A stretch of DNA of 64,000 nt from Vitrella brassicaformis CCMP3155 (taxonomy: Eukaryota; Protista; Chromerida). The stretch lies in NCBI GenBank assembly GCA_001179505.1, contig CDMY01000022.1:124001-188000 (forward strand), read 5' to 3'. Each line of letters begins with the position of its first letter. The stretch's first letter is position 1. The notes under the pieces were generated by a model. It was not told the DNA's origin. It did no database searches and saw only the letters and a program-made list of their open reading frames with translations. Below are positions 54,645-64,000 of the stretch, in pieces. A program made the translations under genes and the position numbers.

Positions 54645-57600
54645 ATGGGTCTGTTTCGTTTGTTTCGGCTATGCTTCTCCGTTCCTCTCCGTTTGTTTCT
54701 GGACACGGTGCTGTTCCTCTCCCTCCTGGGCTTTCTCCCCTGGTTCTGCTGCTTCCGCCTGTGGGAGGGGGGCCTCAAGGTCTTCTTCGGCGCCATCCAA
54801 GTGCTGCTCGAGTTCCAACGCACACAATGGAGGAGGTGCGAAAGAAAGCCATACACACACGGACAGGGAGGGAGGGAGGGAGGGAGGGGCCCAGCGACAA
54901 GGTGGATGGATGGATGGATGGATGGCTTTGTTGTCATGTCAGGTTGTTGAGTCTGCTGCGGCCGTTCCAGTGGCAGTTCGACGCTCTCTTCGCCCGGCAC
55001 TACTTCCAGCTAAAGCGGCGGGTCGTGTCGATCATCCGGCCGCTGGTGCACATCACCAAGCACTTCATCGACTTCCTCATCGAGTCGCTCCTGACCAGGA
55101 TGTATGTGCTGGGCCAGTGGGTCAAAGCCGGCTCGGCTGCCGGCTTCATCGCTGTGTCGCTGACGGTGCTGCTGTTCGAGACGCTCCGTGAGAGCGTGAG
55201 GAACGCCATCAGTGCGGTCAGGCGGACGAGGGAGAGGCTTGGGCAGGCCGTCGTGTGGCTACAGAAGGCACTCTCGGCGGACAGTGAGGTCGGAGAGCCG
55301 GGGGGCGGACACATCGGTAGTGTCTGTCTGTGAGTGTGTGTGTGTGGATGGGATGGCTTCAGGCGCTGAGCAGGCGATTCATCTTGTATCGGATACTCGA
55401 CACACGACTCACCAAGGCAGAGAACACCGTCATCGGATGCCTGGCGGTGTGCACACTCCTACACACACACACCCCTCTATGTATCTCACAGTCGTGTTGT
55501 GTTGATGTGTGTGGATGTTTGGGTGGCGGCAGCGTGCGACCAAGAACATAGACACGGCTGTCGGCCAGGCGCAGGATGTGGCCTCCGGCATGGCCCTTGA
55601 CATCCGCCTCACCTCATGGTCGACACGACTCAGGATACTCCCTGACCCTGCAGCACTCCGGTCAGTGAGGGAGGGACCACACACAGGCACGCAAACGCGG
55701 CGAGCGACTTGGATGTGTGTGGTCTCTTTCTGTGCCTACGTGCAGCCCGTTCTCGCCGTGGATGGTGATTCGCCACCCCGAGCGAGCCGGCCATCGCAAG
55801 ACATACAGAGGGTGGCTGGGCTGGCTGACAGAACCAACGACACATGGATGGATGTGTGCGTGACTGTGTGGTGTGTCAGATATGGGTTGTGGTGTGTGAC
55901 CATCATGGAGGCCAAGGCCGTGGATCGCACCGCCACTGAGGCGGGCCGCTTCAGGGACCCCTGGAGCTACCCATACGTGCGGGTGGGGCGCGACGGGCTC
56001 CACTTCTTCCGCACTGTCACGGCACACCACAACGGCACACAGTGGAACTTCGCCTTCATGCTGCCGGTACATTTACACACACACACTGACACACACACAC
56101 ACGCACACAAACCGATGGATCCACTGTGTTTTGTCGTGTCGTCCCGGCGGGTCACACAGGTGTACCATCCGCACAGCGAGCTGACGTTGGAGCTGTTGGA
56201 TTACGACCCCGTGACGGGGTGGTCGCACCCCATCGGCCTCATGGCCTTCCCCGCATGGAGGCTCCAAACCAACAAACGCAGGCAGGGTCAGTGAGTGATT
56301 CGATGATGAGTGAGGCAGGCCACCACGCCACAGATGGATGCAGGCTATCCGTCCCAGAACTGGGTGCTGCGATGGGTGCTTTCTTGTGTGTGTCAGGTTG
56401 GGCGGCGCTGTACGCCCCGCCGGCAGTGCACGGCCCTCCCGCCCCTCCCGGCGTCACGGCCTGGCTCAGACTCACCATGGAATTCAGAGTCCAGTCCGTC
56501 TTTCACGTGAGCGAAGCGACCGACCCGCCAAAGCACCGCACCCCTCTCTCTGCATGTGTGGTGTGGGTGGATCCATGGGGTGACGTCTGTCTGCTGTCAT
56601 GTGTATCTTTCATTCATTGTCACGCAGGAGATCATCGCCCACGCGTTGCCGATGCCCAAGAAGAAGCAGACTTCCCACTCCAAGGCGGTCAGCCAGGCCA
56701 GCGGCATCATCAAGCCCAGTGACCCCGATTTCCCCGCCTCCATCGGCGACCCCCTGAGCCTCAACACTGCCATCCGACCCAAGGACGGCTTCCTCACTGG
56801 CGGCGATGGCGCGCGCCGCTCGCCACCGCAGTCTCAGCGATCGCCACTCGGGTGAGGCGACGCGCAGAACAGACATGTGAATGGCCGGCACCATGCCTGT
56901 GTGTGTCTGTGTTGTGTGTTGTGTGTTGTGTGTTGTGGGTGGGTGTAGTGGTTTGGTGAGTCCTGGTGGTTCGTCCGAGGGCGAGGGTGAGGACGAGCAG
57001 ATGATGCAGTCGCTCATCGGGGCGGCCATGGTGCTAAGGGATCAGCTTGTCAAGAGAGGCATCACAAGACTCAAAGAGGTCACACACATACACAGAGAGA
57101 GAGAGAGAGATCGTCACACATCGCTCGCTGTACTGTCCATCTTGGTGTTGTGCATGCCCTTCCCCCGCCCAGGCGGTGTCTCTGGTGCTTCGGTGGCAGT
57201 ACCCCTTTCTGTCCGTCACGGCCACGGTGCTCTTCTGGGCCACCTGCTTCAACATCGACCTCCTCCCTGCCCTCCTGCTCTTCCTCACCCTGTCCACGCT
57301 CGTCCACTACTACTACCGCACTTACAACAAGGCCCCTCACGCACGCTCACGGCCTCTCTCCCACCCGCCCTCGTCATTCCTCCCCGCCACGCCCATCAAC
57401 CGGAGGCACAGAGGGTCCCCTCGTGGCGGGGCACAGCGGTCGCCAGCACACTCCCCCACCGGCCCCTCACAGCAGCCACGCTCTCCCCCGATGAGATCCT
57501 TCCTTAGCCCCTTCACGCTGCGGGCCCGCCGTCCTCCCGCCGAGGGGCAGGAGAGCGTCCCGTCAGTGCCGAGCAGTCTGGTGTTGCCGCCCCCTCGTGT

Positions 57601-58455
57601 GGCCGAGGGCGGCCTGGGGATGGGCGGCATGCATGCCGGACCAGCAGCACAGACACAGGGGGCGCGAGACTTTGAGCGAGATCGGGATCAGGAGGAGGAG
57701 ACGGCACTGGAGGCGCCTATAGTGGTGGTGCCGTCGTCGATGGGCGCGACGGTCAAGGAGCCCCCTGCGGGCATGTCACTGCCGCTGCGGCTGAGGCTGC
57801 TATTCCGCCTGCTGCCCGCCAGCGTCAAGAATGTCCTGGTGGCCTACGTCAGGCCCGTCATCCTCGGCATTGCATACGTGGTCGGCAAGGTGAGTGAGCT
57901 GCAAAGTCAATCAACGGGGAACGAGGGAGGGAGGGAGCTGTGCGGGCGGACAAGAGCGGTCATCTCTCTGCGTGTTTGTTGCATCTCATCTAGATTGACG
58001 ATTTGTTCCACTGGAACAACGTGTACGAGAGCTGGCTGTTCATGGCACTGCTCATGCTATGCGGTGCCAGCTATGTGATGGCGGGCCTCTCTCTCCGAGT
58101 GTTCCTCTGGTCGCTCTGGTCGGGCACCTTGGCACTCGTCTTCTGGATGTTCGTCCTCGCAGGTATATACGTCAGCCACACCAATACACACACACACCCC
58201 GTCAACAGTGACAGACGTCTCTCTCTTTGCTGCGTGTGTGTGATCCTTCCTTGATGGTCAGGCTCCTACGTGCTGTTGCGCCAGAGCCCGCCCTACCGAT
58301 TCTGCTATGCCATTCTGCTGGGCGTCCGCACTTTGTTCCTTCGCCAGTTCTACGCCCTCATTTTGGAGCATGAAGTGCCAAGCCTGCCCCAGGCGATGCC
58401 CAACGGCCTCTCGCCTCAAAGCATCACCGAGTCCACCCGACCACCCACACCTTGA
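54645..58455 (+). CDS. C2-domain multi-TM protein (MCTP/PRT-C-like)
   Basis: VTIMEAK...DPWSYPYVRV...TQWNFAFMLP|VYHPHSELTLELLDYDP...PIG is a C2-like beta-sandwich. It is followed by VLRWQYPFLS...LLLFL and LFHWNN...LLMLCG hydrophobic blocks typical of MCTP C-termini. Confidence 0.65.
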
Positions 58456-58684
58456 CTTGACGACGGAGGCAGAAAGAGAAGACTGACTGACTGACAGGAT
58501 GCCCGGCCGTCGTTGTCAGGCTTTTTTGTGCGCGGGGGGCTTTGTGTCGTGGGCGCGGCGAGGAGGCGGCATGATTGCATTGCAGTCAGTCAGTTTTTTC
58601 TGAAGTTTGTATGTTGTGGTTGGTTGTGCGTGCGGTTGGAGGTTGTGCGTGTGGTACGTCCGTATGTGTGTAAGGGTGTACGGG

Positions 58685-58716
<32 letters not shown>

Positions 58717-58955
58717 GATACGCGACTGTCTGTCTGCCTGCCTGCCTGTCTGGCGGTCTGTCTGTCTGCCTGTCTGTCTTTCTGTGTGCCCGTCTCGTCC
58801 TTCTGCCTGTCCTCCTAGCCTTCATAATTGGTCCGGATGCCTAGGCCTGTCTGCCATGATTGACTTGCTCTATTTGTCTGCTGGTTGTACGACTCGGGAG
58901 CCTCCGTGGAACGACTTTAACGTCCAACATTCGCCCGATTTCACCGGCAGCAAAC

Positions 58956-58983
58956 AGGGTTTGTGGGGCTTAGGGTTTGGGGG
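58956..58983 (-). promoter_or_regulatory. AGGGTTT/TAGGGTTT pair with four G-tracts at the inner end of the right inverted repeat
   Basis: agggtttgtggggcttagggtttggggg. Confidence 0.4.
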
Positions 58984-59008
58984 CAAGCTGCGCTGAGTTG
59001 AAAAGATC

Positions 59009-61732
59009 ATGAAGAAGAAGAAGAAGGGGGACTCCTCGGAGGACTTCACCCACGAGGGTAAGCACACATGGTGCCCGGAGATGGAGAAGAAGCTCATGGG
59101 GGAGCTCGAGGAGAAGGGCGCCGACACCACCGCCAAGAAGGATGCGTGCATGGCCCACCTGGTGACGACGGACGACTGGGGGAAACTCTGTGCCGCCGCA
59201 GGCAATCCAGGGCCCGTGTGCAAGACGGCCTGTAAGAAGGTAAGCGGCTGACCTGGGGAGAGGGAGAGGGGGGAAAGGGCAGACAGCCTGAGAGCATGAG
59301 AGGGGAGGGCCCTATGGGAGGGCCACGAGTGTGTGTCCTACGGCCCGGTCATGGATGTGTTGTGGGCCATCGACCTTCTCTCTGTCCACTGCCTCTGTGT
59401 CTCCGTCGGCTCTGTGTGTGTGTGTGTGCAGCGCCTGACCTTCATCAAGAAACACCTGGCCGACTACGAGTGGGCGCATGACATCCTCGGCAAGATCGAC
59501 GCCAAGGCTTTCCGCAGCCGCACTTTCAACGCCAAGAATGAGATGATAGCGTCGGTCAAGACAGAGGAGGAAGGGAAGGTTCGCGGCAATGTCGACAACA
59601 TGGGGCGGCTGGCGACCGACACCACAGTCGACGCCTCACCGCTCAACCGCTCGACTGACGGAACCGCGCCACTCGACAGCACACGCCAGAGCAAGAGCTG
59701 CTCGGGGGGTGAGACATACACACACAGAGAGAGGATGGGATGGCTGTGGCTGTCTCCGTGTCTCTGGGGTTCTCTCACTGTGGGCCCATTCTTGTGTGTC
59801 TGTGGTGCAGATTCTGTTGCTGAGGAGGTCAAGCCGACGACGGACGGCAAGGACACAATCAATGAGACACACAAAGGCCAGATCATGTGTCCTCCCTCTC
59901 TGTGTGTGTGATCGATCAGATGGGATTGTCATAGAGAAGTCTCTGGCTCTCGAGGACGGTGTTGACAAAGGCGCTGCCCAGCCGCTGAGCCGCTTCGGGC
60001 GGCAGCAGAGAAAGAAACAACTCGGCACTGACGGTCAGGCAAAGAGACACACCAAGGGCCACCGCCACCTGCTGTCTCCCCTTTGCAGAGGTGGATCCGT
60101 TCACCGCGCCCGTCGTGGCGACCACCCCGGCTGTCAAGATGGCCAAGAAGACACGTGCGGTGACAAGACGCCAGCCGTCCAAGCCGCCCCGCTCGCCCAA
60201 ACGCAGTGTGCCGATGGCCTTGGAGCGGCCTTGGAAGCCTGAGCTCTTCGAGATGCAGCCGAGACAGTATGTGCGATTGTACACTGACTCTGACTCTGAC
60301 GAAGACTCGCATTTCGGCCGTCAATCGCACAAACGGACAGATAGCTGTGATGAAGCTGAATTGGTGATGCTGCAACTGGCGCCCGACACACTGTTGCCCA
60401 AGACGGCCTCCGCCAACCCCTCAAAGTTTGAAATGGCCCAAACTGACCTGAAGGAGCGTGGTGAGTCCGCCAGTGCCGGCCAGCAGACACACAGCAGCCC
60501 GCCCACAGTCATCGAGTTCGATGACCGGTTCGATCCCCCCAAAGACGGCAAGTCGTACGTATTCCCTGACATCGAGTGGCGTCGCTTCGAGGAGCGCCGC
60601 TACGACAAGGACAACAACTGCCTCTACATTGGTCGCCACTTCGACAGATTCGATCCGGATGACTTCATCGAGCTGACCAAGATCTTCGACACGCGATGCA
60701 GCAAGAAGACGGGTGGGGAGAGTGATGCCGCCGAGCAACCGGCGGGAGGACATAAGGGGCCGCCCAGCTGGGCCGAACTGCAGGCCGCCCTTAACGAGAA
60801 CGAGAAGAAGCGGAGACGCCCCTGGGAGGGAGAGGACAGCTTCCACCCGCGAGTGGGCGTCCATCCACACGCACATGGGCTGGGCTGCGGCCTCGGTCGT
60901 TTCAATGAAGAGGTCACTGACAGACACACAGAAGGAGACACATACCGAGCCTCCAAGAGACTCTCTTTCTCTCTCTCTCTCTCTCTCACTGCTGTTTGTG
61001 CCTTCAGTTTTTGTTTGGCTTGGAGGATAAGCAGAGAGGCTTCTGCAACCACGGATCCATGTCGCTGCAGGACGGTACACACGCAAGACATCACCCCAGC
61101 CGTCCCCATCTCTCATGGTGTCTCCCTGCCTGTCTGTCTGCTGATTGCTGGCCTTGTCGTCTTCAGGTGGTGGCGCCGACACGCTCGAGCCGCCAGCCAA
61201 GAAGAGCCGCACCGCTACCAGCGCCGCCGCCTTCATGAGCAGCTACTCGGGCTCGTCCTTTGGCCGCAGGGAGTCCATCCTCTCGCAAGACGACGATTCG
61301 ATGGGCGATGGCGGCACCAAGGGCAGCACTTGGGGGCCCCACCCGTGGCTCAGCCAGGAGCCCCTGGTGCGCAACTGGAATCTCGACCCGGACCACCCGG
61401 ACAACCGCCCCCTGCCGCCCGAGATGCGGCTGGACTTGGAGGCCCGCGCCCGAGAGATCCGGGAGTCACAGATGCGATACGCTGACGCAATCGCCGCCGG
61501 CAGCTTAGACTGGGGCGACGAGAACAACGAGATGGTGACCTGCGGGGCGGAGGGCGCTGCTGCTGCTGCTGCTGCTGGTGGTACGGGCGGATGGAGATCG
61601 AGCTGTGAGCAGAGTGCTGGAGGGGGAGAGGGGGGGAGGGGGGCGAGTGAATGGGCTGGGAGGGGCGAGTGTGAAGGGTTGGGGCCTGCGTGGACAAGGA
61701 GGGCCGGGGGAGAGACACCCACACAGAGATGA
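59009..61732 (+). CDS. Myb/SANT-like domain protein, copy 2 (1-bp deletion near 61583 extends the C-terminus past the presumed ancestral stop at 61606-61608)
   Basis: MKKKKKGDSSEDFTHEGKHTWCPEMEKKL...CKK|RLTFIKK; same exon structure as copy 1. Confidence 0.6.
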
Positions 61733-61929
61733 TGGTTGAACGAGCCAATTGCTCCGCGCAAAGACATCCATGGCCATGAACCGCACTCAGACAGACAGAC
61801 ACGAACAGCGACAAGTCAGTTAACACAAGACGGGCCAGGCCGTCTGTGTCCTCATAATCTGACTCGCACACACGAGCACACGGACCGTCTGTCTGTCTGT
61901 TTGTGCGTCTGTCGGCCGTCTGTCCACTC

Positions 61930-63023
61930 TCACTCACACATGATCCATCTGCCCGCGGGGGCCGATGGTGACAAAATGTGCCGCGGACTGAACCTCGGTG
62001 GACAGACGGCCCACTGACGGCCCCACGAATTCCGGATGATCCAATCTGTCTGGACGGATGGCAGACAGACACACACAGTACACACGACCACTCTCCAGTG
62101 TGCGGGCCATGCAATTGTGGCAGCTGCTCCTGTTGGTGTCTTGGCGAGCTGCTGGCGTCGTCTCGTTCCATCCAACGACCACAACAGCATGCTATCAGCA
62201 GCCCACACACACACACACGTCGTCACACAAGTGTGTGTGTGTTTCTATGTGTGAGTCCCTCTTTGGCGTACGTCAGTTCCATCCCTTCTTGTCGACGTCA
62301 CACACGCTGTAGTTGCCGCCGTCCTCGGCCAAACTCGGCGGCCGGTCGAACACAGCCAGTCGAACACAGCCAGTCGAACACAGCCTATGCTCTCAGAGAG
62401 GAACTTTGGCGCGTTGATGGCAATCACGACTGGGCCGCGGTGGAACACCTCTGCCTTGATGCGATCCTCACCCCCTCGAGTGCTCGTGGAACCCACCTGG
62501 CAGCCAGTGGGGGACCAACACACAACCAACAGCCACAGCCACCGATCTGTGTGTGACGCGTGTGCGGCTTGCTTGCTCTCTTGCTCACCGACGTACCGTG
62601 CGAGTATGACTTGGCGAACCAGAGCAATCGGCAGTCGTCGACGTCGACGACTGGTGTGTGAGCGGTGGGGCAGGGGACGTTCGTCTGCGTGGCGGCATAG
62701 CCCAGACACTTCTCCTCATGCAGACCCACCTCTGACACACACACACTAATGAGGAAGCCGATGCGACTGAGCAAAGGGGACTGACTGACCTTGCCGACGA
62801 GTAGACGGTGGGTATCCACCGTCGCAGCCTTGCATGGTTGTATGGCGAACAGCTCAGCACCGCCTGCGCAGCAACAGATGCCGCTTGTCCCTTTTATGCT
62901 TCTTACAGAGAATTTACAAAAAGGTCTCGAAAACCGTTTACGTGTACCGTGTACGCGGCCGAAGCTTATCAGCAGCAGTCCGCACTCTACGCGCGAGAGG
63001 GGGACTGACGAACACCGCAGCAT
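61930..63023 (-). pseudogene. Papain-family (cathepsin C/DPAP-like) protease remnant
   Basis: CAGG...LLVGK|VGLHEEKCLGY, IKAEVFHRGPVVIAI, CDVDKKGW, HAVVVVGW (catalytic His) and WIIRNSWG (catalytic Asn). No intact QxxxCGSCW active-site Cys motif was found; the frame is broken and the C-terminus runs into the inverted repeat. Confidence 0.7.
62344..62385. repeat. 14-bp tandem triplication (GGCTGTGTTCGACY x3 on the minus strand) within the protease remnant
   Basis: ggtcgaacacagcc agtcgaacacagcc agtcgaacacagcc on the plus strand. Confidence 0.95.
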
Positions 63024-63355
63024 GGCCGAAGCAGCCTGAGACCAAGCCTCTCACGCCTGCCCTGCCTGAGTCGTTTTTCTTACCTGCCTGCCTCCCGCCC
63101 CCTGACTGACTGACTTGCCTTCCGCTTTCCTCTCCCTCCTGCGCCCGGCCGTCCGTCGTTGGCCTTTTCTTTGTTTGTAGATTACTTTGGCGCTTGTTTG
63201 ATTGACCGACCGGTTTCTGTGCGTGTGTGAGGGGCGTGCGTGAGTGTGTGTGTGTGTGTGATGTGGCTGCTGATATATTTGTGAGTAATCATCGTCTGTT
63301 GCGGTCCGGTGCGGTGAGGTGCGGTTCGGTGGATGCGTGGAGGTGGCGTTGATCC

Positions 63356-64000
63356 ATGCGGTCGATGGTGCGGATATCGGCCTCAAGGGACCAGTTCTAC
63401 AAGACCAAAATATGCCCACACCACTCCGCCGGTGAGCGAAGCGAGCCACCTCCGAGCAAAGAGGGCAGACACAGACCAGACAACAAACTAACTGTCGGGT
63501 GTGTGTGTGTGTGTGTGTATGTGTGTCTTTGTGTAGGCAACTGTCGGCGTGGCGACGAGTGCTACTACGCTCACAGTGAGGAGGAGCTGAGGACGCCCCC
63601 CAACCTCCACAAGACACGGCTATGCGACCGATGGATGCAGGTGCCCAACACATGCATCACATCACACGCAGAGAGAGTAGAGGATGCACTCATCTCATCC
63701 ATATGCGCCTGCCTCCACACATCATGATTGTGTGGCGTCACGTCAGAACGGCTCCTGTCCCGACGGCGACAAGTGTCCCTTTGCCCATGGCGAGAGGGAG
63801 CTCAGGTGCACCGACGACTACTTCAAGACCGGTCAGCAAACCACAGCACAGCACAGCACAGCACAGCACACGAGGGAGCAGCAGACAGACAGACAGACAG
63901 ACATGTGAGAGTGATGCGCGCGTGTGTCAGATCTGTGTAAGTACTGGAAGGCCGGGAGGTGCCACGCGGGCAAATCGTGCCGACATGCACACGGTGAGTG
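63356..64000 (+). CDS. Tandem CCCH zinc-finger RNA-binding protein (ZFP36/TTP-like), 3' partial
   Basis: YKTKICPHHSA|GNCRRGDECYYAH, HKTRLCDRWMQ|NGSCPDGDKCPFAH and FKT|DLCKYWKAGRCHAGKSCRHAH: three C-x8-C-x5-C-x3-H fingers with KTxxC lead-ins. Confidence 0.95.

Larger units (their letters stand above)
58954..61972. repeat. ~3 kb inverted repeat, right copy (partner 40382-43430)
   Basis: Same exon and intron sequence as the left copy in opposite orientation, with scattered substitutions and microsatellite-length indels. Confidence 0.95.

Noticed and set aside
62344-62385. CRISPR-like repeat array
   Set aside because: Direct 14-bp tandem copies with no spacers, in a eukaryotic pseudogene.

Overview
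Intron-rich eukaryotic genomic DNA, not prokaryotic. Short GT-AG introns are filled with (GT/CA)n, (GACA)n, (GA)n, (GGAT)n and (GCACA)n microsatellites. The gene set includes an apicomplexan-type TGH MAP kinase, a tail-anchored Elp3, a TM-bearing PDE and a protein with an apparent bipartite plastid presequence. Together these suggest a chromerid alveolate such as Vitrella; this is an inference. About 19 intact-looking or near-intact multi-exon genes can be assembled by hand, plus two decayed genes and two 300-N assembly gaps. Gene models were spliced by eye, so coordinates are gene spans including introns. The most striking structure is a pair of ~3 kb inverted repeats (40382-43430 and 58954-61972). 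Each carries a Myb/SANT-like gene; together they bracket ~15.5 kb of unrelated genes and abut two broken genes. Other notable signals are telomere-like AAACCCT motifs just upstream of several genes, repeated short head-to-head gene pairs, two divergent paralogues with an interrupted MDM2-like RING, and two genes with a single in-frame stop inside coding-looking sequence. No rRNA, tRNA or CRISPR array was recognised.
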